Below, in pieces: positions 28,046 to 39,644 of a DNA stretch of 64,000 nt (the first letter of the stretch is position 1; every line of letters starts with the position of its first letter). The notes under the pieces were generated by a model, which worked only from the letters and a program-made list of their open reading frames with translations, made no database searches and had not been told where the DNA came from. This stretch comes from Macrostomum lignano (lineage: Eukaryota). The stretch lies in the NCBI GenBank assembly GCA_002269645.1, contig NIVC01000180.1:767981-831980 (forward strand). Reading direction: 5' to 3'. The translations under genes and the position numbers were made by a program.

Positions 28046-28387
28046 ATGAAACTCGCTACTAAATCATGGTGATTCATGAGAATCGCTACTAAATCATGGT
28101 GATTCATGAGAATCGCTACTAAATCATGGTGATTCATGAGAATCGCTACTAAATCATGGTGATTCATGAGAATCGCTACTAAATCATGGTGATTCATGAG
28201 AATCGCTACTAAATCATGGTGATTCATGAGAATCGCTACTAAATCATAGTGATTCATGAGAATCGCTACTAAATCATAGTGATTCATGAGAATCGCTACT
28301 AAATCATGGTGATTCATGAGAATCGCTACTAAATCATAGTGATTCATGAGAATCGCTACTAAATCATGGTGATTCATGAGAATCGCT
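28046..28387. repeat. Minisatellite, 30-bp unit ATCGCTACTAAATCATGGTGATTCATGAGA
   Basis: About 11 near-perfect copies. Confidence 0.95.
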
Positions 28388-28599
28388 TAAATGCATGTAC
28401 ATCCGTATCTTCGTGCCCTCGCTCTCGCAGCAGATGTAAATTTTTATTTAGATGCAGAAATCAGGCTCTGCCAGAGACAATCTCGGGCAGCTGACCAGAG
28501 CAGCACTGAGCTATAAATTTAGGCAAATCAGTTTGTCTGCTTTTTATCTGTGTTGCCATATTCGTGCAGAGAGCAGCACGAGCTTCAAAAGCCTTCGGC

Positions 28600-31500
28600 A
28601 TGCTCAAACAGTCCGGTGCTGCGGTGCTTTTATCCTTGACTCTGCTAGCTCTGCTGTCCGCTGGCTCGGATCTCGTCAGAAAGCTGCCGCACCTGGAGTA
28701 CTCCACCCACACCTCAGTTCTACTCAGCGCCGACGATAAGTGGCGCCCGGGTCTGCAGACCCTCATCACCTGCCTGCCCCTCGACAGACCCCTCGAAGTG
28801 GTGCTGAACGTGAGCCAGTACCATCAGCCGCTCGTGCCCCCACTGAGCTACCTGTTGTTCAAGTGCTCGAGCACTGACGCCCAGTACCAGGAGCTCAACA
28901 TCACCCACGACAACGGCCTGGACAGCAGCAAGCTCTACTGCAGCCACAACCGCGCCTTCTCCCTCAGCAAGCTCAGCAGCAAGCCGTACATGTTTTCCTT
29001 CCACCTCACTCTCGACAGCCGCAACAAGGTGAGCTTCAAGCAGTCGATGACACACACCCTCGAGCTTCGGGTTCGAGTTGAATTTCGCGAAGGCACGGAG
29101 CTGTCGGCCAGCCTGTTGGTGTATAACATGGACAGCTTCTCCAAGCTGAACTCCTTGCCAACTCGGTCCTCGGGCCAACAGGTCACCAGGTACATCCTGT
29201 CCGAGCGGGGCACCGCCTTCCTGACCTCCCTGTTCAAGCAGACCAACAGCAGCCGTGTTGACAGCGTGCAGCTGCTGGACGACCAGTTTCTGTACGTGCT
29301 GAAGCGGGCGCCGATCTTCATCCGGCCGATGCTGTCCATCAGCGTCATGCTCATCCACGGCTCCCGCACCTGCAGCGACATAGCGAAAACCGACGGCCGA
29401 ATTCTGTTCACCACTGGCGACTCGGACCCGGACATTGCGCAGTTCCTGTTCGCCCAGCCCAACTACTTCATCGAGATCCAATCAGGCGTGCTCACCTACT
29501 CGCGCCTGTCGCTGGAGGCAGACCTGAAGAAGCTGCTGCAGGGTGCCGGCGGTCGGGTTCGAATTTGCCTTCGAATATCGCTGAACCCAGCGGTGTGGAA
29601 GTACCGTCTGGCGCTGCGGGTGGCCGACATTTCTGTGCCCAGCACAACTGCTAGCGCGATCGACCCCAGCAGCGAGCCGTGCGGGTCCTATAAGAACCGG
29701 CAGTCTCGATGGGTGCAGTTCAGCACCGGCATGCTTGACGCCGTGCTGATGAGCCCGGTGGTGTGCAGCGACAGGACCAAGGAGGTCACCAAGGTGTTCT
29801 TCAACAACCAGGAGTGCACCAACTATTTGGACGTTTCGACGCACAAGTGGCAGAGCTGCGGGCACTACAGCCTGGCGCAGTTCGGGAACGCCGTCCTGCT
29901 GCGCGGCCACGTCAACCTCTCTCACGAAGGTGATGCCGGAGCGCCTGGGAAGGGCCGGGCTCTTTACCCCCTTTTATGATATGCAGACCTGATAGCAGGA
30001 GTGCGAAATACGAGAGCCTCTTTGTCTAAGATGTCTGTCTAACATCCTTTCCTGTGTAACATATCTGCCTGTCTAACATATCTGCCTGTCTAACACACCT
30101 GTCTGTCTAACACACCTGTCTGTCTAACACACCTGTCTGTCTAACACACCTTGTCTGTCTAACACACCTTGTCTGTCTAACACACCTTGTCTGTCTAACA
30201 CACCTTGTCTGTCTAAGACACCTGTCTGTCTAACAAACCTGTCTGTCTAACACACCTGTCTGTCTAACACACCTGTCTGTCTAACACGCCTGTCTGTCTA
30301 ACACACCTTGTCTGTCTAAGACACCTGTCTGTCTAACAAACCTGTCTGTCTAACAAACCTGTCTGTCTAACACACCTGTCTGTCTAACACACCTACCTGT
30401 CTAACACACCTGTCTGTCTAACACACCTGTCTGTCTAACACACCTGTCTGTCTAACACACCTGTCTGTCTAACACACCTGTCTGTCTAACACACCTTGTC
30501 TGTCTAAGACACCTGTCTGTCTAACATGCCTGCAAGCAGACCAGAAGGGATTCCTGCAGCATAGCTGTGAGATGTAATTCTCCCCAACATGCCATCGCTG
30601 CATCAGGCACGTACAAGTTCACGGTGCAGAACTTTGTCTTCATTTTCTACGTCTCCGTGTTCTCCATGCCGCTGTTCAACACGGTGACCGCCAACGGCTC
30701 GCTGCCCCACGTGACCTTCGCGAATCTGGACATGGCGGTGACATTCAACTGTACTGTGCACCACGATGGCATGAAGTACGTGTCCATTGACCCGGTCTTC
30801 CGGGTGCTCGACCCCTTTCTACCCGGGTCCACCTGGAAGGTGAGCTCAGATTCGCAATCCATTATCGATTAGCAATCCATTATAGATTAGCAATTCATTA
30901 TAGATTAGCAATCCATTATAGATTAGCAATCCATTATAGATTAGCAATCCATTATAGATTAGCAATCCATTATAGATTAGCAATCCATTTAATTCATTCA
31001 ATAAATCAAACAATCCAAGCATGTAATATGTCGCTATTTCAGGAAATACTCAATACTAGGGGCGGGAAACCGATTTTGGAGGCCGATTTTATTAAGTTTT
31101 CTCGATCTGTGTCTGACTTTCGTGTAGAATCTTCGCACTGTCAACTCTTGAAATCTGGCTCTTCAACTCACCAGCGTCACCAGCTGGACTCCATTGGATC
31201 GAGCAGGATGCGTCACCAGCTGGACTCCATTGGAATAAGCAGGATGCGTCACCAGCTGGACTCCATTGGATCGAGCAGGATGCGTCACCAGCTGGACTCC
31301 ACTGGATCGAGCAGGATGCGTCACCAGCTGGACTCCATTGGATCGAGCAGGATGCGTCACCAGCTGGATTCCATTGGATCGAGCAGGATGCGTCACCAGC
31401 TGGACTCCATTGGATTGAGCAGGATGCGTCACCAGCTGGACTCCATTGGATCGAGCAGGATGCGTCACCAGCTGGACTCCATTGGAATAAGCAGGATGCG

Positions 31501-32302
31501 TCACCAGCTGGACTCCATTGGATTGAGCAGGATGCGTCACCAGCTGGACTCCATTGGATTGAGCAGGATGCGTCACCAGCTGGACTCCATTGGATCGAGC
31601 AGGATGCGTCACCAGCTGGACTCCATTGGATCGAGCAGGATGCGTCAGGACTTTGAAGAGTGATTGGGAAAATTTGACAAAAGCACAGTGACTGAAAATT
31701 TATACTCCAGCCTCTGAAGGGTGGTGACTTTACGAGTCTGCCGCATGTCAGAATTTTTTTAGTACACAAAAATAAGACCCATGCTGGCAGAAAACATAAA
31801 ATCGGCCTCCCAAGATTTTTTCATGCTAGTCTCTAATTTCCGTCCCATGTATTGAAGAGTCCCTGATCTGTCTCTAAATTGCTCGTCAAGCTCAAGTGTT
31901 CAACTATCTCGAAAATTTATCAATCTCGGCCCCGCGCCCCAGGAGATCAGCCTGAGCGACTTCGCCACAGACGTGCTGAAGGCGTCGCCGAGCTCCATCG
32001 AGACGCGCAGGTCGGCTATCGACCGGCCGCGGGTCTTGGAGAACCTGTTTGTCCGAATGCCGGTGGTCACGGAGATCTGGAAGGTCTGGCGGTTGACCTT
32101 CATTTGCCGAGCCAGCGTGGACGCGTCGGACGTGCGCCGGATGGGGCTGCCGCGCTACTCGCTGGAGTCGCGCTCGGATGTGCAGTTCTACGGCAAGCGG
32201 ATCGCCGCCTCGGCCGGCCAGCAGCTGCGCAGCTTTCTCGGCCTGGTACTGGCGGTTGCCATGGCAACTGTGAAATTAAAACCAATATTAGACAGGCTCT
32301 GA
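28600..32302 (+). CDS. Uncharacterised secreted/surface protein, possibly with divergent Ig-like folds; join(28600..29929,30607..30839,31943..32302), ~640 aa
   Basis: Signal-peptide-like MLKQSGAAVLLSLTLLALLSAG, GC3-rich codons, two GT-AG introns with compatible phases (1, 0), LLRGHVNLSHEGTYKFTVQN and VTFNCTV motifs, hydrophobic C-terminus FLGLVLAVAMA. Confidence 0.8.
30030..30530. repeat. Minisatellite, 17-bp unit CTGTCTGTCTAACACAC (intron)
   Basis: Tandem copies. Confidence 0.95.
30855..30990. repeat. Minisatellite, 18-bp unit AGCAATCCATTATAGATT (just after the donor at 30840)
   Basis: About 7 copies. Confidence 0.9.
31054..31851. mobile_element. Possible degenerate MITE-like element enclosing a minisatellite
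   Basis: TTTTGGAGGCCGATTTT (31074-31090) is inverted relative to AAAATCGGCCTCCCAA (31798-31813), with weaker terminal similarity (TACTAGGGGCGGGAAAC vs ATTTCCGTCCCATGTA). Confidence 0.45.
31170..31647. repeat. Minisatellite, 36-bp unit GATGCGTCACCAGCTGGACTCCATTGGATCGAGCAG
   Basis: About 13 copies. Confidence 0.95.
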
Positions 32303-32742
32303 TGATGAGGTTTCATCGGGAGGAGATGACTGTGTTTAACGGGTAGCACCGGTGGCAGTGGTTAAACACAGAGCTACTTATTTAAACAGTTGCCGCAAGA
32401 CTGCTCTGCCTTGAGACTAATTTTTGCGTTTTGGAAAATGCTTTTCTTTTGTTGAATAAAATGCACTATTTTGGAGGCCTGCACTCCAAAAAAATTTTTT
32501 TGTTTTTTTTTTGTTGCCGTTCCTCCACATAATACTAGAAGTAGCTTATAGGTTTGCCGTATAATCCGTGTACTTTAGCAATTCTCAAATTTAATTTCCG
32601 ATAAAATTATACTTTCATTTTGTTGTAAAGTATACAAAAGTAAAACTTAACGCTCACCCTGTACTAAAATGGAAACATCTTTGTTTCTAGTTTTGATAAA
32701 TTTCTAATTTTGAGTTTCATGGCTTGTTTTCAATTGATAAAT

Positions 32743-33198
32743 AGCTTCCGATTAGATATACTTAGCTTCCGGTTAGATACACATCGCTTCCGGTTAGATA
32801 TATTCAGCTTATGGTTAAATATACTTAGCTTCCGGTTAGATATACTTAGCTTCCGGTTAGATATACTTAGCTTCCGGTTAGATATACTTAGCTTCCGGTT
32901 AGATATACTTAGCTTCCGGTTAGATATACTTAGCTTCCGGTTAGATATACTTAGCTTCCGGTTAGATATACTTAGCTTCCGGTTAGATATATTCAGCTTA
33001 TGGTTAAATATACTTAGCTTCCGGTTAGATATACTTAGCTTCCGGTTAGATATACTTAGCTTCCGGTTAGATATACTTAGCTTCCGGTTAGATATATTCA
33101 GCTTATGGTTAAATATACTTAGCTTCCGGTTAGATATACTTAGCTTCCGGTTAGATATATTCAGCTTATGGTTAAATATACTCAGCTTCCGGTTAAGT
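32743..33198. repeat. Minisatellite, 21-bp unit AGCTTCCGGTTAGATATACTT (intergenic)
   Basis: Tandem copies; periodic ORF (SFRLDIL)n. Confidence 0.95.
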
Positions 33199-33961
33199 AT
33201 CTTCCAGGCTTCCAGTTAGCCAAGAAAGTCTAACAATTTCCAGTTGAAAACCCTGGCAGCTGACTGCCAGCTGAGTCCCCCCCAGCTCGCTGAGCTTCCA
33301 GCTTCTCCATCTACCCGAGCTCAATGCACCGGTTCGCAACTGTTTCTGCTTTACTCAACGGTATGAGAACGACAAAGGTGCACTTTTATTGCATACATCA
33401 GGTCGCTACACAGTTATTACAGACAGATTGGTGTAAAATAAGAATAAATCTGGGCTGAGAGCCGCGGCGTGTTCTGCCAAAGCAAATGTAGTGCTGCGTA
33501 GGCAAAGTGGTACCGGAATATCTGCGCTGCTGCCCGCTCCCGCGCCGCTCTGAGCGATGAGGCGAGCGGCCTTGGAGAGCGGGTTTTTGTAGTTAATGTA
33601 ATTTGTGCAACTCAAAGTCTGGCTTGGCAAAGAAGTTGATCGCCTTGCGAACGATGGGAGTTGGGAAGTTTCAGAGGGACTGAGGTGAGAAACTCAATGT
33701 CCGCAGTCTCAACAAATACCTGCTCGTGTGTTGCTGGCGCCGGCTCTGTCTAGACAGAATTCGCGGCTTCGAGGTTTTTAGGCAAAGGCGGTAAAACAAA
33801 GCAAAAATAGGGAGGGGCAATAGAGAGAAAGCGTCTCCATGGATATCTGCTGACTCGGGGAGGCCCCAGCCAGGCTGCAGAAAATCTACAAATGACCTTT
33901 GAAAATCATTTTTCGTCTTTTAAAGCGCGAATGTCAGTCAAGCGTCTGTCCGTCCTTCGGG

Positions 33962-36900
33962 TCAGTTGTCGGGCTTCTTGGTCAGGTAGGCCTCGATGCC
34001 CTTGGGCTTCAGCGACGGCAGTATCCGGAAGTCGATGTCCTCCAGAAACTGGAAGTCCATCAGCTGGTCCAGGGTTGGCCGCTTCTCTGGCCGCCGGTCC
34101 AGGGCCTTCTCCACGAACCGGCACGCGTCCCGGCCGATGCGGCTGGCATAGCGGCGCGGCATCTCGAAGCGCCAATCCGGCGCCGTGTGCTTTGTCTGGC
34201 TCCACGGTAGCGACTTGAAACTGCGGGGGCGCGGCCGAGTGACAAGCCTTGCGTGTGATCAATATCTCTGCCTCAAAGAGTGATCAACCTATGGACCAAA
34301 GAGTGATCAAATTAAGCCTCAAAGAGTGACTAATTTAAGCCTCAAAGAGTGACCAATCTGAGCGTCAGAGGGTGACCAATCTGAGTCTCAAAGAGTGACT
34401 AATCTGAGCGTCAGAGGGTGAACAATCTGAGTCTCTAAGAGTGACCAATCTGAGCGTCAGAGGGTGACCAATCTGAGTCTCAAAGAGTGACCAATCTGAG
34501 CCTCAAAGAGTGGCAATCAAAGCATTTACGAGGTAAGAGTGACCAATTTAAGCCTCAAAGAGTGACCAATCTGAGCGTCAGAGGGTGACCAATCTGAGTC
34601 TCAAAGAGTGACCAATCTGAGCCTCAAAGAGTGGCAATCAAAGCATTTACGAGGTAAGAGTGACCAATTTAAGCCTCAAAGAGTGACCAATCTGAGCCTC
34701 AAAGAGTGACCAATCTGAGTCTCAAAGAGTGACCAATCTGAGCCTCAAAGAGTGGCAATCAAAGCATTTACGAGGTAAGAGTGACCAATTTAAGCCTCAA
34801 AGAGTGACCAATCTGAGCCTCAAAGAGTGACCAATCTGAGTCTCAAAGAGTGACCAATCTGAGCCTCAAAGAGTGACCAATCTAAGCCTCAAAAAGTGAC
34901 CAATCTGAGCCACAATAGGCCGGTCTCATGAGACTCACACTCCGAGTCCCACGGTGAGCTCCAGCGCCAAGTAGCCGATGCCCCAGCTGTCCACCTTCTC
35001 CGTGACGCCCTTGGGGTCGGCGTACACCTCCGGGGCGATGTAGGCGGCAAAGTAGAAGCTGGTGCTGGTGTTGCGCACGCTGGGCTTGTTGTGGCTCTTG
35101 GCCATGCCGAAGTCGATGAGGCGCGGCCGGTAGTCGGACATCACCACGACGTTCTCGGCTTTGAGGTCGCGGAAGATGAAGTTATTGCGGTGCACGTAGC
35201 GCACAGCCGATAGGATGCAGGCCACGTAATAGGCGGCGATGGGCTTGGGCATGCAGCCGTGCCGGCACACCATGGACCACAGGCTGCCGCGGGATCCGTA
35301 GTCCATGACCAGGCAGTAGAAGTTGCTGGTTAGGTAGGCGTGCTTCAGCCTTGCGGGGTGGGGGCGGAGCAGCAGGAAGGGATGCTTAGTTAGCTGCGAG
35401 CACTGAGCCCTGGGCACGCAAACACATTTGTTATGCCGCTCAGTGTCACCCAAAAATATACTTAACAAAAGTCCGAGTTTCAACCCGTGCATTTTTCGCG
35501 CTTGGAAGGGTGGAAGTTTTTTGAGTTGCTGAGTAATGATATTTTCAATTTTTATGGCATTTTTAACACAATCCCCAGTTCTCTGCTCTCAAACCTCAGC
35601 ACTCGGCCCTCAGCCCTCAGCCCTCAGCCCTCAGCCCTCAGCCCTCAGCCCTAAGTCCTCAGTCCTCAGTTCTCAGCCCTCAACACTCAGCCCTCAGCCC
35701 TCAGCCTTCAGCCCTCAGCCCTCAGCCCTCAGCCCTTAGCCCTCAGCCCTCAGCCCTCAGCCCTCAGCCCTCAGCCCTCAGCACTCACTCAATGATGAAC
35801 GGATGGCGCAGGTCCTTCAGCAAGAACACCTCGCGCAGGTCGCGCTTCCACGATTTTGTTCTCTGCTTCTTCCGTCGCTCCTTGAACTTCATCACGAGCT
35901 CCTCGCCGCTGCCGCCCCGGCGCACGATGTAAACCACCCCCTGGCCGCCCTGAAACACCCGGTTGCGCGACAGCTTGAAGTCGGTCAGAGCAACCGCCGC
36001 TGTCAAGGCGGAGTTGCTCGCCGGGTCCGCCGCTGCCGCTGCTGAAGCCGCGCTGCTACTGTGCCACTCGGAGACCACTGGGGTGGCCAGCTTGTCGGCG
36101 AACTGCTCCAGCAGGATGCAGGAGCAGACAGCGCCCTTCTTGTTCTGGTGCTTGCCTGTGGGGCACTCGACAACGGAGCCGGCGGCGGCGGTTTCATCCT
36201 CGACGTCGTTGCCGCTTTTCTGCACCGACGACTGCTTGGCCGCGTCCGCTGCTGCCGCTGCTCCGGCCGGCGCCGCTGCCGCGCCCCGCTCCGGCCTGCT
36301 GTCCTCCTCCTCGTCCTCCGACTGCTTGGAGTTCTCTGCGTCGCCTGCGGGTTGCACGGCAGGAGAAAAGCCTGTGGAGGACTTCCTACACCGGCTGGTG
36401 ATCAGGATGCCTCTCGCGCGCTTGCGATTCCGGCATAACACGCCGAATTTTCAGCTCCAAAGATTAGGATTGATTTTCGATGTAAGACTGCTTTTTCTGC
36501 CTAAACTGCGATAGGATTCTATGAATATGGTTGTGAATATATTGTTTAACTTATTACATTGCATTATATGCAGGTTCCGAGGTTTGATTATTTCACCGTC
36601 ACTAAAGTACCACTAATTTCCGTTAAGCCTGTGGACTTCAACACGGCTAGCAACCAAGCGATGAGCAAACTGCGGTCTTTATCCAATCTGCGTGATGGCA
36701 AAGCTTTATTCTGCGCATCTCTCACAGGTTCTATCGAACAGCTCGGGGGGAGGGAAGGGTCGCGCTCTAGGCATGCGGACAAACTGTAAAATGCCTCAAC
36801 TAGCAGTTGTGGCAGGCCTCACCTGGGATGATGATCTGCTGTCTCGGCGGCCTCTGCACCGCGTTGATGGCTCCCGCATTGGGCCTGACTTTTAGCTGGC

Positions 36901-37090
36901 CCTGCTGCTGCTGCTGCTGGCTGAGCGTCGAGTTAGACGAGTTGCTGTGGCTGGCCGCCTGGCTGATGGCCGGATGAGGAGCTGCCAGCGGCTCGGGCGG
37001 TGCACCGGCCGCGTCCGAGCTGGCCTGACTTTGCCGCTTGAAGCCCATCAGTTTGAATCGGTGGCTGAACGCGCCTCCGAACACGGTCAT
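33962..37090 (-). CDS. Divergent AGC-like Ser/Thr protein kinase; complement(join(33962..34220,34939..35349,35789..36344,36823..37090)), 497 aa
   Basis: FQGGQGVVY, LVMK, LREVFLL, HPFIIELKHAY, FRDLKAEN, DFG, YIAPE, DSWGIG, RPT. Three GT-AG introns with matching phases (1, 2, 2). The start exon is less certain. Confidence 0.88.
34270..34912. repeat. Minisatellite, ~23-bp unit GAGTGACCAATCTGAGCCTCAAA with higher-order blocks (kinase intron 3)
   Basis: Tandem copies. Confidence 0.92.
35595..35782. repeat. (CAGCCCT)n 7-bp repeat (kinase intron 2)
   Basis: Starts immediately after the minus-strand GTGAGT donor. Confidence 0.95.
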
Positions 37091-39049
37091 GTCTTGGCCT
37101 GGTGAAGCTGCTTGCACTTATCTTATAGCTTCCCCTGCTGTCTGCCTGAGCGGCATTTGGGGCAGCTGCGGCTCTGCCCGACCCCGCATTGACTGCGCGG
37201 TCGTGGCCATAGACAGCTGGCCGATTGAGCCTGAGGCTTGGGATTGCCTGATTGGTAAAGCTGCACATCTCTTGCAGTAGGGACTCGGCTACTCACGGCT
37301 TCACCGCAAAATCACGGTAGTTAGAAGCTGTGGAGTCCATCTGACTGGAGTCAGGATGAGTCAATTGGTGTTCAGTGGAGTCAGTTAAGGGATCAGGCAG
37401 TGGAGTGAGTAGGGGGTCAAGCGGTGCGCTCCTGGCAGACCCTCCCCAACCTGCATCGCATGTCGATTTGAGCCCAATTTTGCCTGCCTCAGCCAAGCCC
37501 CAGCTTCATGCTTTACGAGTATGAGACGGTGACTGCTCATCGCTTCAACCCTACAAGTAATTAGTCAAACTTCTTAGCTCAGCAATTGGCTACAGACGGC
37601 TGTCTACAGCTACAGCTCAGGCAGGTTGTTAATAATAATTGTTGCGGGAGGGTAGCCCTCACCCTGAAGCAACGGACAGCGAGTGCTGAGACAAGTCGCC
37701 CATTTCCAACCAGGTTGATAAATTGTTTATTTCGTCTACCGATCCAATCAAAAAATTAAACGTGGATGATTGCCCAGCATTACCGTGGTCCGCTGCCCCC
37801 AACCCCCAGGGATGAACAGAATAAAATGGCTACCTGTACTGATGCAAAAACTCAGACGATAATTATCTGCAGTCCATCAAGCCGCTCTCTCGCAAAAGGA
37901 AACGCGGTTCGATCAACTCGCTTCGCATGGAGCCGCCTGACAGCCCGACCCCGCAACTGCACCAGAAGGCGCTCGTCGCCTTTGCCGAGCAGACCACGGC
38001 GCATGGCCTGGTGCGCCTGACGCAGGGCTCCGGGCTGCGGCGCTTCGTCTGGGGCCTGGCCATCCTGGGCGCCTGCGCGGGGTTCTCGCTACACCTGAGT
38101 GAGCTGGTGCAGAGGTACCTCAGCTACCCAGTGAGCACCGAGTTCTTCAACGATGGTGAAGACTTTCAGTTTCCCAGTGGGACCATCTGCCTGGCATGGT
38201 GCAGACAAAGGCTAATACCGCTCAATGCGAAACCTGGTGAGAACTCGACGAGCTCCGCAGTTCAGTGGCGTAGCGTGGGAGGCGTCAGCGGCAGGGACGC
38301 CAAAGTAGTTGTTGGGAAACTGCTAATTAAAATTTGCGCTAAAATTGGAAACAGGAGTCGCCGCAGCTGCCCCTTCAAGAACGCTGTTGCTGTGCTCCCG
38401 TCACAGTCACAGCTGTGCGCAATGAGCTGTACCGTATGGGGTTTCATATCAACCAGTTTTTTCACTATAGTATAACAAAATGGGGGCCTGTGGTCAGAAA
38501 ACTGTGGTCTTGTTTCTCAAAAGACCTTCTTCTTTTTTCTGGGTGTCTTTTTCACAAGAATGGCCCCGCCGAGATTGGCCCGCAAGAGATTTTCTCACCT
38601 CGAGCATTTTTTAAAGAGGCCTGTTTGTAATCTTAGTTGTCCTCGCAGTAGTAGTCACGGGGACCTCTTCCAGTTTGCGCCACTGCTCTGTAGCTGGCGT
38701 CCTTTACAAGCTGAAAGCTGGGCGGGCAATTCTCGTAGACCCCTGCAAACAAAGATGTATTTTTAACTTGAAAACGCAATAAAATTTTAGCAGGGTTTGT
38801 TACTTGCATCAGTGACTTGATCAAAGATATCCCCCTGTTGTAGTACATGTTTGACAACGAAGACTGGAACCACAGCATGCCTGTGCGAAACACAGCATAT
38901 TACCCTGACGCTAAGCTTTCGCTTCGAGACATGGCCTACCGCGGGACCCAGTTCCAGCAGCTGCATGACACAGTCCTCTACTGCAGGTACAACTCCGAGC
39001 CGTGCTCATTCGAGAACTTCACCTTGTACTGGTTCAGTTTCAGTTCCGG

Positions 39050-39530
39050 TCCTTTTAAGGCGCGGCCGGGGCGGGTGGCTGCCGGCCCGTGGTTGTTTTG
39101 GTTTGCCGCACTCTACAACGCAGGCCCAGAGCGCTGATTACAGCGTCTTTAGACCGTCCTTCCCCTAACACACACGCAATAAACGTTGACCATCGGGTCC
39201 CCCAGCCGCGAGCAGACCTCAGATACAATTTATTGACCGCACGCGCAAGGGCGAGCTATCCGCGAAGTAAGTCACTGCCTTGTCTCTTTCATTTCGGGAG
39301 CTGTAGCAGGGACAGTCCGTGTGTCCTGACGCCGACTCAGGGGGGGGACTAGGCCAGGTAGTCAGCTAGGGGCGCGCCACCCTGTACTGTAAGCCCGCTG
39401 TACATAGACGCCAGCTTGTGCGCCCTGACACCTTGCTGAAGGTGATCGACATCACAGCGTCCCTACGCGTGTGCCGGCCACTTGGATGCGTCCTGACGCT
39501 CAAGGCGTTGCTTCAGGGTGACCGCAGCTC
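39050..39530 (+). mobile_element. GC-rich dispersed repeat of unknown class, copy A
   Basis: 39265-39500 aligns in inverted orientation with 43190-43420, including a perfect 26-mer GTCCGTGTGTCCTGACGCCGACTCAG (39315-39340 vs 43339-43364). Confidence 0.65.
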
Positions 39531-39644
39531 TCCTAAAAACAAATTTTATTATTGTGATAATTATAATTGTCAGTATTTTTATTCGCAAATAATTTTAACC
39601 GGAGTAAAAACTCTATAAAAATATGTACGAATTCCTACAGGCAC

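Noticed and set aside
39418-39618. Exon of the DEG/ENaC gene
   Set aside because: No channel motif is present, and the sequence is homologous to the dispersed repeat at 43190-43300.
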